From Candidatus Woesearchaeota archaeon (GTDB taxonomy: Archaea > Nanobdellota > Nanobdellia > Woesearchaeales > UBA9642), in assembly GCA_016928115.1 (NCBI GenBank), contig JAFGLI010000019.1, positions 5,066 to 69,065 on the forward strand: a stretch of DNA of 64,000 nucleotides, written 5' to 3'. The translations under genes were made by a program, and so were the position numbers. This document shows positions 47,145 through 56,938 of this stretch, in pieces. The notes beneath the pieces are model-generated. The model ran no database searches, was not told where the DNA came from, and was given only the letters and a program-made list of their open reading frames with translations. Each line of letters begins with the position of its first letter. Positions within the stretch are counted from its first letter, which is position 1.

Positions 47145-47399
47145 TCATAAATCTCTGTAAACGTTCTTTCTATGTCTAATTAATGTAACTTCAATCATTT
47201 GTTTGTCTTTATTTATATCTGCTATAACTCTGTAATCTCCAACTCTTAATCTGTAGTCTTTTCTTCCTTTTAGTTTTTTAAAGAAATGAAATGGTTTTTT
47301 CTTTGTCGAGATAATCTTTTCAAAAATTCTTTTCTTCTTTTCATGTGGTAATTTATTTAATTCTTCAATTGCTTTTTCATCAAAAATTATCTCATACAT
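47145..47399 (-). CDS. RelE/ParE family toxin
   Basis: 'KGRKDYRLRVGDYRVIADINKDKQMIEVTLIRHRKNVY' is the canonical RelE/ParE C-terminus. Confidence 0.8.
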   Translation of the reverse strand: MYEIIFDEKAIEELNKLPHEKKKRIFEKIISTKKKPFHFFKKLKGRKDYRLRVGDYRVIADINKDKQMIEVTLIRHRKNVYRDL

Positions 47400-47407
47400 A
47401 TAAACAC

Positions 47408-47644
47408 CTATAAACCCAATCTTTCTTTGGCTTCTTTTTCAGTAAGAAAATTACCTCTTTTTATTCTCTCTCTTGCTTTTTCTATGGCTTCAACTGTTTC
47501 TTTACTAAGTTTAGGGTTTTCTTTCATATTTTCAGCTATGAATATTACCTTCTTCAAAACCTCGTCATAACTTTCATTTTTATATTCCCTAAACTTATCT
47601 AGCTGGTTTTTTGTATCATCATGTAGCTTTATTGTTGTAGTCAT
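47408..47644 (-). CDS. Cognate antitoxin
   Basis: 78 aa; 'TIKLHDDTKNQLDKFREYKNESYDEVLKKVI' is antitoxin-like (a ribbon-helix/VapB-type family); 8-nt gap to the toxin gene. Confidence 0.6.
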   Translation of the reverse strand: MTTTIKLHDDTKNQLDKFREYKNESYDEVLKKVIFIAENMKENPKLSKETVEAIEKARERIKRGNFLTEKEAKERLGL

Positions 47645-47765
47645 ATTATCACCCAGTATACCTAAGTATACTAAAGTATATAAACCTTTCTAAATTAATA
47701 AAAAATATAATCCAATATAAATACTAACAAAGAAAAATTGAAAATCTTACAAAAATATAAGAAAA

Positions 47766-48365
47766 CTACTCAGACATGAAATCCTCAACAGTATAATCAA
47801 ACTTCTGTATCTTCTGCTTCAAGCCTTTTTTCTCAAGATAAGTTTTAGCTAATAACCAGAAAAACAAAGCCAATGACTTCCTTCCCTTATTATTGCAGGG
47901 CATTACAAGGTCTATATCATTGGACTTATTGTTGCTGTCGCAAAGTGCAATCAGGGGAATCCCTATTTTCTCAGCATCCTCAACAGCATTTTTATCAGGC
48001 CATGGGTCTGTAACCATCAGCAGCCTGGCTTCCCTGTAAATATCAAGATTAGGATTGGTTAATAATCCAGGAGGGTATCTTCCTGTATATACCTTTATTC
48101 CAGTAATCTCGCCAAATAATTTAACAGCCTTCCATGAGCTTTCCCTTCTTGAGAATATTAAAACTGATTCAGGCTCATATTGGGATAAAAGATTAACCAC
48201 AGACCTTATTCTCTTGTCTATCTGCTGGACATTCAGAACAGATAACCCATCAGGCCTTGTCTGGAAAATAAACTTCTCCATATGTTTAGTCTTGAATTTA
48301 GTCCCTATATGTATCCCTGACTTAAGATATTCATCTTTGGGTATTAATAATTCCTTTTCTTTCAT
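47766..48365 (-). CDS. rps2: 30S ribosomal protein uS2 (archaeal/eukaryal type)
   Basis: 'LLIPKDEYLKSGIHIGTKFKTKHMEKFIFQTRPDGLSVLNVQ' and 'IALCDSNN...VMPCNNKGRKSLALFFWLLA' match archaeal S2/SA. Confidence 0.85.
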   Translation of the reverse strand: MKEKELLIPKDEYLKSGIHIGTKFKTKHMEKFIFQTRPDGLSVLNVQQIDKRIRSVVNLLSQYEPESVLIFSRRESSWKAVKLFGEITGIKVYTGRYPPGLLTNPNLDIYREARLLMVTDPWPDKNAVEDAEKIGIPLIALCDSNNKSNDIDLVMPCNNKGRKSLALFFWLLAKTYLEKKGLKQKIQKFDYTVEDFMSE

Positions 48366-48401
48366 ATAAATAGGGAAAAATGAAGTATTTAAAAAGGTTA
48401 T

Positions 48402-48566
48402 GGAATTTGGATGCCAAATTCCAAACTTAGAAAATATTCTATTTTCGTAAGTTACGAAAATTTATTGTAAATAAATTTTCTAACTTAGGAAACGCTCTGT
48501 GTTTCCGTAAGTTACGAAATTACCGAGTAATTTCTAACTTGAAAAACGTTCCGTTTTACTAAGTTA
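48402..48566. repeat. A perfect 9-bp inverted repeat (ggaatttgg-atg-ccaaattcc) followed by three bulged-hairpin repeat elements (locus B; same family as 38.5 kb)
   Basis: aacttagaaaat-attct-attttcgtaagtt (48424-48453), taacttaggaaa-cgctctgtg-tttccgtaagtta (48481-48514), taacttgaaaaacg-ttc-cgttttactaagtta (48535-48566). Confidence 0.55.
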
Positions 48567-48656
48567 TGGAATTTTCTCTTTATAATTTGATATTTTTTTA
48601 ATTACATATACTATTAAATAGTAACATTTAAATAAAAAACAGATATTCTTTCTCAT

Positions 48657-49184
48657 ATGAATAATTTAGAAGAGATTCTGGATGATGTAGTTATAAACGG
48701 CTTTCCTGAATTTATGGATGAAGATATCTGGATAGAATATAAATCAATTAAAAAAAGTCTTCTTAAATCAGGAGAATTAACAGACGAAGGTTTTTATATT
48801 GAAGTTGATAATTTATTAAAAGATACCTCTGCTAATGTGATAATGGGTGGGGTGGCTCATGAACTTGCCCATTTAGTAACAGAAAGGAACTTAAGCAAAT
48901 ATTCTTCCAAAAAAGATGGACTTCATTATAAAAGATCAAAAAGATATAAAACTCTTGACGAAAGAGATACTGATTTAAGAGCAATTCTAAGGGGTTATGG
49001 TCCACATCTGTTAGAGTTTATGAAATATTCTAAAGAAAAAGGATTCCCTTATTATAAAAAAGACGGCCTTTCTATAAACGAAATTAAGACTTTATTAAAA
49101 ATTAAACCCCATAAGAATTTATTTTCACCATTTATCCTACTTTACAGAAAATTACGAACAAAAAATAAATCTTTTATTATTTAA
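48657..49184 (+). CDS. Putative Zn-dependent metallopeptidase (HExxH)
   Basis: 'MGGVAHELAHLVTERN' holds the only convincing motif, an HExxH. Confidence 0.4.
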   Translation: MNNLEEILDDVVINGFPEFMDEDIWIEYKSIKKSLLKSGELTDEGFYIEVDNLLKDTSANVIMGGVAHELAHLVTERNLSKYSSKKDGLHYKRSKRYKTLDERDTDLRAILRGYGPHLLEFMKYSKEKGFPYYKKDGLSINEIKTLLKIKPHKNLFSPFILLYRKLRTKNKSFII

Positions 49185-49701
49185 ACTCCTCCAGAACTTC
49201 ATAAACAGGGCCTTCTTTGGTTAAAGTGCTTTTGTATAGCTTAAAACGATTGACATCAAAGCTTATCTCAGGCAGTTTTATCTTATTCATTAATTTAATG
49301 AACTCTTTTTTCATTTTCAGGTTTTTAATCCTCATAAAAGTTATATGGCCCTTGAAATTAAAATCCTTTTTGAAACCTTTCAGGCTTGATTCTATTTCAT
49401 CATGCAATTTTACCAAACCTGAATCATCCTTAAATCCTATCCAAACAACTTTTATATAATTCTCATTCGGGAAAAAGCCTATGTTCTTTATCTCAAGATT
49501 AAAAGGCTCGAATTTTATATCTTTAAGTGCAGAAATAATCTTTTCTTCATCATTCACTTCTCCCAGAAACTTCAAAGTAATATGGCAGTTTTCAGGCTTC
49601 ACCAGGTTAAACCTTCCGTATTCAGGATTAATTTTAGCCTCCATATCATTAATCAACTGTTTCATTTCTTCAGGTATATCAACAGCTAAAAACAATCTCA
49701 T
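49177..49701 (-). CDS. thpR: RNA 2',3'-cyclic phosphodiesterase (LigT/ThpR, 2H phosphoesterase)
   Basis: Two H-x-T/S-x motifs: 'CHITLKFLGEV' and 'GHITFMRIK'. Confidence 0.75.
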   Translation of the reverse strand: MRLFLAVDIPEEMKQLINDMEAKINPEYGRFNLVKPENCHITLKFLGEVNDEEKIISALKDIKFEPFNLEIKNIGFFPNENYIKVVWIGFKDDSGLVKLHDEIESSLKGFKKDFNFKGHITFMRIKNLKMKKEFIKLMNKIKLPEISFDVNRFKLYKSTLTKEGPVYEVLEEFK

Positions 49702-49737
49702 AAAATAAAAAGAGAAAAAATAAATATTTAAATCTTA

Positions 49738-50073
49738 TCAATCGAGCTCTGAGCCGAAATCTTCACTGTCTAATGAAGGGTCATAATCAAGCAGGTTCTC
49801 AGGTTTTTCTTTCTTTTTAGGCTTTGTTTTTTTCTCCTTTTTCTCTTCTTTTATCTCTGTCTCTTCTTCAAATGCTTCTTTTCTCTCAACAACCTCAGCA
49901 AAGCCCATGTTTTTTATAACCTTATTCACTTTAACCTTCACTTCATCTCCTTCCTGAGTACCGGGAACTATAAGGACAAAACCCTTTACCCTGCCTATTC
50001 CGTCGCCTTTATCCCCTATTCCCTCTATTCTCACATCTACTATATCACCTTCATTTACAGGCGCTTGTTCCAT
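49738..50073 (-). CDS. TRAM-domain protein with an acidic/Lys-rich C-terminal tail
   Basis: 'GDIVDVRIEGIGDKGDGIGRVKGFVLIVPGTQEGDEVKVKVNKV' is a TRAM fold; the tail is 'EEKKEKKTKPKKKEKP...DSEDFGSELD'. Confidence 0.55.
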   Translation of the reverse strand: MEQAPVNEGDIVDVRIEGIGDKGDGIGRVKGFVLIVPGTQEGDEVKVKVNKVIKNMGFAEVVERKEAFEEETEIKEEKKEKKTKPKKKEKPENLLDYDPSLDSEDFGSELD

Positions 50074-50209
50074 TTTTCACACATCACCCCGTTTAGTATA
50101 TTTTACATTCATATTGATATAATCTTATTTAAAAAAAAGTATCTAGAAATCTTAAAATAAAAATTACCCATTATGATGATTTTATATCTGTTTTTCTTTA
50201 TAAAGTTTT

Positions 50210-51298
50210 TTATTCTTCTTCTGAATCAATCTTTTCTATAGTTATTTTTCCTTCATCTGAATTTATGACAATCTCATGCCCATGGTCCAGCTTGGAAATC
50301 TTCGTAACCATGTCAGGAAGAAGTATCCTGTTTCCCCTTAAATCAACATTTGAGACAAAATGCTTTATCTTATCCTCTTTTCCCATGTTTTGCATTATCT
50401 TTCCTGCAGTAACTTTCTTCTTTTCATCCCTGAACTTTTTTGTCTTCTTATATAAATACTTGGCAATCTTATCAGCTACATTGATGTCTGTGGCTGAAGT
50501 TATACCTTGTAATCCAACAGAAAGATTGGCCTCAATAACAAAATAACCCAAACTTGTTTCAAGCAAATCTATGGCACAGACTTCTGCTCCGAGAACCTTG
50601 GCGCTTTTCACACATATTTTCTCAAGCTTTTCATCAATATCATATATTATTCCTTTTCCCCCTGAATGTATATTTGCCCTTTTTTCCCTTTCATCAGCCT
50701 TTCTCAGCATGCAGGCAATAACATTATCCCCTGCGACAATAGCCCTTATATCCTCTCCCTTGGTCTCAAAATAAGTCTGTATTATTAAAGGCGACTGCCT
50801 TGACTCAACAGCATCCAGCATAGAAGAAGCGCTTGCATAACTTTCAGCATACATAACCCCCTTGCCGTGCGTTCCGGTGGGGAACTTAATGATAATAGGA
50901 TAATTTATATCCTTTAGTATTTTCCTTGCAGCATCGCCGGTAGCTACAAGATAAGAAGGAGGGGTAAGGATTCTGTGCTTGGCCAGCTCTATTTGTGTAA
51001 AAAACTTGTCATGAACTGTAACAAAACTCTGTGGCTGTATGGGCATATATGTTTTATCATACAAAACCTCTGAAATAGCCTGCAGTACATTTGCATACCT
51101 GAAAGAGCCTCTTGCATATACGCAGTCATAATCCTTCAGGGGCTTTCCCCCGTAAAATACGCCAACCTCTTTCTTGTTCGCAAAAATCTCAATTTCCCTT
51201 ATATCGAGGAAATCAACTTCATCAAAATATTTTTTCATTGCTTTTGCTATCCATTGTGAACTTGCGCTTCCCATGCTTATTAAAGCAGCTTTTACCAT
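50210..51298 (-). CDS. RimK-like ATP-grasp ligase with a C-terminal extension of about 70 aa (an AbrB/SpoVT-like swapped hairpin?)
   Basis: ATP-grasp motifs ('IIIKFPTGTHGKGV', 'LIIQTYF', 'EANLSVGLQG'); the tail 'RGNRILLPDMVTKISKLDHGHEIVINSDEGKITIEKI' resembles the AbrB/MazE looped-hinge pattern. Confidence 0.6.
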   Translation of the reverse strand: MVKAALISMGSASSQWIAKAMKKYFDEVDFLDIREIEIFANKKEVGVFYGGKPLKDYDCVYARGSFRYANVLQAISEVLYDKTYMPIQPQSFVTVHDKFFTQIELAKHRILTPPSYLVATGDAARKILKDINYPIIIKFPTGTHGKGVMYAESYASASSMLDAVESRQSPLIIQTYFETKGEDIRAIVAGDNVIACMLRKADEREKRANIHSGGKGIIYDIDEKLEKICVKSAKVLGAEVCAIDLLETSLGYFVIEANLSVGLQGITSATDINVADKIAKYLYKKTKKFRDEKKKVTAGKIMQNMGKEDKIKHFVSNVDLRGNRILLPDMVTKISKLDHGHEIVINSDEGKITIEKIDSEEE

Positions 51299-51332
51299 TT
51301 TTGCACCTTTTTATTATATTTTGTTTATATAT

Positions 51333-51746
51333 TTAATCTTTATTTTTCTTTTTTATTTTCCTGTTTGAGATATCAGGGTCAACCATAAAACCATTATTCT
51401 TCAGTGTATTCTGGCCTATTAATACAGGATAGGTCATATGGCTTCTGTTGTAAACTGTAAAAGCTGACTCTATTATTTTATCTTTAATCTTTAATTTACA
51501 GACAACAACAGGCCTGACACTTTTGCCGTGGCTTGATTTTATAACCTTGGTTTTTTTTATCGGCCCCAGACCAATCTCAGAAGCAAGCTTAAGGTCAATT
51601 GAACTGTGGGTTGCACCTGTATCTATTCTTGCCCAGACCTCTTTTTCCCTGTCTTCACCTATTAAAATTATTTTTTCATCTATTCCGACAATAGTTTTTG
51701 AGCTTTTCCCTGATGCCTTTTTTTTAGTTGTCTGTTCCTGTTTCAT
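51333..51746 (-). CDS. RimK-associated retropepsin-like putative aspartic protease ('ATP-dependent zinc protease' family)
   Basis: 'ARIDTGATHSSID' (DTGA); sits directly upstream of rimK as in the known RimK neighbourhoods. Confidence 0.55.
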   Translation of the reverse strand: MKQEQTTKKKASGKSSKTIVGIDEKIILIGEDREKEVWARIDTGATHSSIDLKLASEIGLGPIKKTKVIKSSHGKSVRPVVVCKLKIKDKIIESAFTVYNRSHMTYPVLIGQNTLKNNGFMVDPDISNRKIKKKNKD

Positions 51747-51768
51747 TTTAAAATTAAAAAAATCTGTT

Positions 51769-54261
51769 TTATTTGTTCTGGATTTTATCTTCTTCCAAAG
51801 AATCTTCGTGGTCTTTTTCCTTTATTATGGCAACATCCCTGACCTTATCATTCTCATTTAAGGACATAAGCCTTACTCCCTGTGTGTTCCTGCCTATTGT
51901 TGAAATCCTGTCACAAGAGGTCCTTATCAAAATGCCCTCTTTGCTTATCAGCATTATCTCATCATCCTCTTTCACAGACTTTACGCCGATAACATTGCCG
52001 TTTCTCTTGCTACATTTAATGTTAATAACTCCTTTGCCTCCCCTATGGATAATCCTGTAATCATTAATTTTTGTTTTCTTTCCATAGCCGTTTTCAGTAA
52101 CAGTCAATAATTTTTTATCCTCATCAGCAATTACCATACCTATAACTTCATCATCTTTCTTAAGCCTTATGCCTATAACTCCATGGGTGTTCCTGCCCGT
52201 AGGCCTTACATTATTTTCATCAAACCTTATTGCATGCCCTTTCTTTGTTGCCAGGATTATATCCTTATTGCCGTCTGTAAGGACAACATTTACCAAATCA
52301 TCATCTTTATCCAGATGTATTCCTATAATCCCTCCCTTTCTTGGCCTTGAATACTGTTCAAGAGAAGTCTTTTTCACTATTCCTTTTTTTGTAGCCATTA
52401 CAAGATAAGAATCTTCTTTAAATTCCTTTACCGGAATCAGGGCCATTATCCTGTCTTCAGGCTTTAACTCAAGGAAATTTATTATGGGCTTGCCTTTTGC
52501 ATATCTCTCAGATTCAGGTATTTTCCAGACTTTGAGCCAGTAAGCAATACCTTTGTCTGAAAAAATCAGCAGATAAGAATGGGTATTTGCAACAAAAAGG
52601 TGCTCAATAAAGTCACCTTCCCTCAGGTCAGAGGCTATAATCCCTTTTCCTCCGCGATTCTGGACCTTATAATTCTCAAGGGACATTCTTTTTATATATC
52701 CTGAATTAGTCATTGTAACAACAACAGGCTCATCCTCTATTAAATCCTCAATCTGCAAATCATCTTCTTCCTCTGCAATTATTGTTTTTCTTTCATCCCT
52801 ATATTTTTCCATTATTTCCTTAAGCTCATCTTTTATAATGGATTTTATCCTTTCCCTGCTTGAAAGAATCTCGTTTATTTCCTTTATTTTTTTAATTAAG
52901 CCGTCAAACTCATCCTTTATCTTTTTCTGCTCGATTGATGCAAGCTTCTGCAATTTCATGTCAAGTACAGCATCTGACTGAATCTTGCTAAGGCTGTATT
53001 TCTGCATTAATTTTTTTTCAGCATCTTCTCCTGAATCAGAATTCCTTATCAGGCTTATTATATCATCAACATTCTTTAATGCTGTTATCAGGCCCTCCAA
53101 TATATGAACCCTCTCTTTTGCCTTTTTAAGCTCATAATTATTCCTTTTTATCACAACATCCTTCCTATGGTCAACATAATGCCTTATGCACTCTTTCAGG
53201 CTCAGCCTCTGCGGCTTTTTTCCCACAAGGGCGACCATATTTATTGAAAAACTATCTTCTAATCTTGTTGACTTGAACAATATATTTTTTACAATTTCAG
53301 GGTTTGAATTAGCCTTAAGCTCAATAACTATCCTCACACCATCCTTGTCAGACTCATCCCTTAAATCGCTTACTTCAGTTATTTTCTTGTTTTTCACAAG
53401 GTTTGCAATCTCTTTTATAAGGTCGGACTTATTAACTTCATAAGGGATCTCTTTTACAACCAGTATTTCCTTATTGCCTTTTTTCTCAATATCAATTAAA
53501 CTTCTTATCCTGATAATTCCATGCCCTGTTTTATAAGCACTAATAATGCCGTTCCTCCCGCATATAATCCCTCCTGTCGGGAAATCGGGGCCTTTTATTA
53601 TTTCTATTAACTCAAGAATATCAATATCCGGATTATCAATATATTCTATCGTGCCCTCGCATATCTCCTTAATATTGTGGGGGGGAATGTTTGTTGCCAT
53701 GCCAACCGCAATTCCCGAAGAGCCGTTAATCAATAAATTAGGAATCTTTGAAGGCAGCACCTCAGGCTCTTTTAAAGAAGCATCAAAATTATCATTCCAT
53801 TCAACAGTCTCTTTGTCTATATCCTGGAGCATCTCCTGGCTTATCTTCGCCAATTTTACTTCAGTATATCTCATTGCAGCCTGCTTATCACCATCTAAAC
53901 TACCCAGATTACCCTGGCCTTTAACCAATGGGTATCTTAAAGAAAAATCCTGGGCCATCCTTATTAAGGCATCATATACAGCCTGGTCTCCATGGGGATG
54001 GTATTTTCCAAGAACCTCTCCCACAATCCTTGCTGATTTCTTTGTTGCCTTATTATAAGTTAATCCCATGTCATGCATTGCATAGAGAATCCTCCTATGT
54101 ACTGGTTTTAAGCCGTCTTTTACATTAGGCAAAGCCCTGCCAACTATTACAGACATGGCATAATCTATGTAAGAGGACTTCATTTCATCCTCTATTACTT
54201 CATTTATGACCTCTTTCCCAAGGATTTTTTCCCCCTGATTTTCCTGTTTTTTATCCCCCAT
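51769..54261 (-). CDS. gyrA: DNA gyrase subunit A
   Basis: '[27 protein letters not shown]', active-site 'AAMRYTE', and C-terminal beta-pinwheel repeats (…HRGGKG…); 830 aa. Confidence 0.9.
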   Translation of the reverse strand: MGDKKQENQGEKILGKEVINEVIEDEMKSSYIDYAMSVIVGRALPNVKDGLKPVHRRILYAMHDMGLTYNKATKKSARIVGEVLGKYHPHGDQAVYDALIRMAQDFSLRYPLVKGQGNLGSLDGDKQAAMRYTEVKLAKISQEMLQDIDKETVEWNDNFDASLKEPEVLPSKIPNLLINGSSGIAVGMATNIPPHNIKEICEGTIEYIDNPDIDILELIEIIKGPDFPTGGIICGRNGIISAYKTGHGIIRIRSLIDIEKKGNKEILVVKEIPYEVNKSDLIKEIANLVKNKKITEVSDLRDESDKDGVRIVIELKANSNPEIVKNILFKSTRLEDSFSINMVALVGKKPQRLSLKECIRHYVDHRKDVVIKRNNYELKKAKERVHILEGLITALKNVDDIISLIRNSDSGEDAEKKLMQKYSLSKIQSDAVLDMKLQKLASIEQKKIKDEFDGLIKKIKEINEILSSRERIKSIIKDELKEIMEKYRDERKTIIAEEEDDLQIEDLIEDEPVVVTMTNSGYIKRMSLENYKVQNRGGKGIIASDLREGDFIEHLFVANTHSYLLIFSDKGIAYWLKVWKIPESERYAKGKPIINFLELKPEDRIMALIPVKEFKEDSYLVMATKKGIVKKTSLEQYSRPRKGGIIGIHLDKDDDLVNVVLTDGNKDIILATKKGHAIRFDENNVRPTGRNTHGVIGIRLKKDDEVIGMVIADEDKKLLTVTENGYGKKTKINDYRIIHRGGKGVINIKCSKRNGNVIGVKSVKEDDEIMLISKEGILIRTSCDRISTIGRNTQGVRLMSLNENDKVRDVAIIKEKDHEDSLEEDKIQNK

Positions 54262-54340
54262 TTTAAATACCTTTTTAGTCGATAAATATGAAAATACTAT
54301 TATTTATAAGTGTTGTGTTTTTTTGAGGAGAAATAGATGA

Positions 54341-55003
54341 TTATTTTATCTCGAAATATTCCTTATCACCAAGAACCCTGACCTCAATATAAGAATCCCT
54401 CATTTCATCTACAAATCTATCAGGATCCATTGGATGTCCAGGGCTGTCATAATGTATTGGTATTGCAATTTCAGGGTTTATTTGTTTTACAAAAACAGCA
54501 GCTTCTTTTGGCCCCATTGTAATCCAATCATCAGAAATAGGGACTAAAACAACATCAGCATAAGGCTTATCCTTGAAATATAATGTGTCTGAGCAATGAT
54601 ATATGCTTTTTTTATCTTTGATTAAAAAACCAACAGTCTCTTTGGGTGATGTTGTCATATCCGGATGCTCCCCATGTATTGCCTTAACAGCAGTTATGGT
54701 AATTTTACCAACTTTCTTGGTTTGTCCTTCATTCATTGTTTGCACAGGAATTTTAGTTTCCTTTAAGATTTCACCAACCCATTTACTTCCAAAAATTTTA
54801 GGTTTATTGTTTTTATATATGATTTTCACTGCCTCAGGTAAACAATGGTCTTTGTGCCCATGTGTTAATAAAAGAATATCAATATCCTTCCATTCATCTG
54901 GTTTAAACTCTTCATTATATGTGTATTTTCCCGGATCAATCAATATCTTTTTATTATTTAATTCAATTAATACACAAGATTGAGGATATTTGGTTATTTT
55001 CAT
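54341..55003 (-). CDS. MBL-fold metallo-hydrolase
   Basis: 'LLLTHGHKDH' is an HxHxDH-type motif; about 220 aa. Confidence 0.65.
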   Translation of the reverse strand: MKITKYPQSCVLIELNNKKILIDPGKYTYNEEFKPDEWKDIDILLLTHGHKDHCLPEAVKIIYKNNKPKIFGSKWVGEILKETKIPVQTMNEGQTKKVGKITITAVKAIHGEHPDMTTSPKETVGFLIKDKKSIYHCSDTLYFKDKPYADVVLVPISDDWITMGPKEAAVFVKQINPEIAIPIHYDSPGHPMDPDRFVDEMRDSYIEVRVLGDKEYFEIK

Positions 55004-55048
55004 AACTCTTTTAAAATACTAAATATATTTAAATATTTTTATTAGAAA

Positions 55049-55606
55049 CTAATAGGATTTGTAAAATAATTTTATTTCCGGAGCAACTATTATCTCAATG
55101 CCTGCTTCTCTTATCAGTTTTTCAGCCATCTCAAAATTATAAGGCTGGTCCTGAAGTTTGGGAACAAGAAGATGATGTTCTTTATCAAGATAAACTTCAT
55201 CAGGAGTTATAAGCTCTGTCAAGCCTGCTTCTATAATAGATTTTGCACAGTCAGCACATGGAAACCATTCACTCATATATATGGAGCCTCTGTTTATAGA
55301 AATGCCGTCTCTTGCAGCATAAGCAATGGCTCTTCTCTCAGCATGGACTGAAGGGCATAAATGCATTCCTTCTCCTGAAGCATAGCCTTTTCTTGAACAT
55401 TCAAGATGCTCTTCACCTCTTGATGGAGCTCCATTCCAGCCAAGAATAAAAATCTCTTCCAATCCAAAGAAATCGGGAGCATATAACGGCTTGATTACTG
55501 CCCCGACAGGATGCTTGTAGCAGGTTGATTTGTCAAGTGCTTCTTCCAATAATTCTGCTATTCTCGGCAGTCCTATCACATTCCTTATACCACTTGCAGG
55601 ATCCAT
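55049..55606 (-). CDS. dCMP deaminase (cytidine/deoxycytidylate deaminase family)
   Basis: 'HAERRAIAYAA' (H-A-E) and 'PCADCAKSII' (PCxxC) are the zinc ligands. Confidence 0.75.
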   Translation of the reverse strand: MDPASGIRNVIGLPRIAELLEEALDKSTCYKHPVGAVIKPLYAPDFFGLEEIFILGWNGAPSRGEEHLECSRKGYASGEGMHLCPSVHAERRAIAYAARDGISINRGSIYMSEWFPCADCAKSIIEAGLTELITPDEVYLDKEHHLLVPKLQDQPYNFEMAEKLIREAGIEIIVAPEIKLFYKSY

Positions 55607-55674
55607 AAAAAGAAGGAAAATATATAATAATATATAAACCTTTTTATTTGTACCTATTTAAAAGTAGAAAATAA

Positions 55675-55848
55675 TTAAGACTCCCTTTTCTTTTTTAGAA
55701 TTCTGTTCTTCTCTAAACTGGGATGTATCTTAAATGAATGATTACAGTAAACACACCTTTTGGTTTTATTTGTAATAAAATCCTTAGTCCTTGGCTTGTA
55801 TTTCATAGTGTTTTTACAGTTAGGGCATCTCAGAATATAATAAACCAT
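55675..55848 (-). CDS. Small C4 zinc-ribbon protein (57 aa), absent from the ORF track
   Basis: My own translation gives MVYYILRCPNCKNTMKYKPRTKDFITNKTKRCVYCNHSFKIHPSLEKNRILKKKRES, with two CxxC pairs 20 residues apart. Confidence 0.4.
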   Translation of the reverse strand: MVYYILRCPNCKNTMKYKPRTKDFITNKTKRCVYCNHSFKIHPSLEKNRILKKKRES

Positions 55849-55949
55849 TTCAATAAAATAAAATAAACCAAATTTATAAACTTTTATGATGTAAATGTCT
55901 AGTGAAAAGTAATATTTAAATAATAGGGTTTTCTATAACTAACTAAAAG

Positions 55950-56936
55950 GTGGGTCAATTGGATAAAGCTGTACTGAAAATAAGCCATATTTCTAAATCA
56001 TTTGGCAAAAGTGATATATTAAAAGACATAAACCTGAAATTCTATCCTGGTGAGATATTCGGCCTTATAGGGGCTTCTGCCTCAGGAAAAACTACTCTTT
56101 TAAGGACAATAATAGGATTCCTTGAGCCTGAAAAAGGAAAAGTATTTTTCAGGAAAGAGCACCTCTTAAGCCATGAAAACGGAAGTGAAAAATTCAAAGA
56201 AGTACTTAAAGACCCTGCAGGAATAAAAGAGATAGTGGGATTTGCAGCCCAGACACCATCTTTTTATGAGGAGCTTACTTTAAAGGAAAACCTTGAGTAT
56301 TTCGGCTCTTTATACAACCTGAAAAAAGAGTCAATAGCATCAAACCTGAAAACTCTTCTCGGATTAATGAATCTCAATGATTCAATTAACCTGAAGGCAT
56401 CCCAGCTTTCGGGGGGAATGAAAAGGCGTCTTGATATGGCATGCGCCCTGATACATGACCCCCAGGTATTGATACTTGATGAGCCAACTTCTGACCTTGA
56501 CCCCATATTAAGGAAGCATGTCTGGGAACTGGTCAGGAAAATAAACAAAAAAGGAACCACCATCATAATAGCAAGCCACAACCTCAAGGAAATAGAGGAG
56601 ATATGCGACAGGATTGCAATCATTAAGGACCACAGGGTGCTTAAAGTGGGTACTACTGAGGAAATAAGAGAAGAGTTCTCAGAAGCAGAAGAAATCCATC
56701 TTGAAAGCTTCCCGGGCAATTATGAAAAAATCATGGAACTTCCCTCCAAATACAGGAAGCAGATTATAAACACAGAGCAGAAAGCCACTGAGTTCATAAT
56801 ATACACAAAAAAGCCAGAATACATACTCCATGAGCTCCTTCATAAAATAGAAAAGGAAAAAGAGACAATCATACAGCTGAAAGTCAAAAAACCGGATTTA
56901 GATGAAATATTTGTGTCTTTATCAGCAAACAAATAA
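55950..56936 (+). CDS. ABC transporter ATP-binding protein
   Basis: Walker A 'GASASGKTT', signature 'LSGGMKRR', Walker B 'LILDEPTS'; a C-terminal regulatory extension. Confidence 0.85.
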   Translation: MGQLDKAVLKISHISKSFGKSDILKDINLKFYPGEIFGLIGASASGKTTLLRTIIGFLEPEKGKVFFRKEHLLSHENGSEKFKEVLKDPAGIKEIVGFAAQTPSFYEELTLKENLEYFGSLYNLKKESIASNLKTLLGLMNLNDSINLKASQLSGGMKRRLDMACALIHDPQVLILDEPTSDLDPILRKHVWELVRKINKKGTTIIIASHNLKEIEEICDRIAIIKDHRVLKVGTTEEIREEFSEAEEIHLESFPGNYEKIMELPSKYRKQIINTEQKATEFIIYTKKPEYILHELLHKIEKEKETIIQLKVKKPDLDEIFVSLSANK

Positions 56937-56938
56937 AA

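Noticed and set aside
52169-54128. + strand ORFs (66-170 aa) within gyrA
   Set aside because: They are antisense to the 830-aa GyrA ORF and have no motifs.
39388-54261. Inteins in CDC48, GyrA, RFC-L, or PAN
   Set aside because: Protein lengths and motif spacing are canonical: Walker A to Walker B distances are normal and GyrA is 830 aa. There are no Cys/Ser…HN splice-junction blocks.
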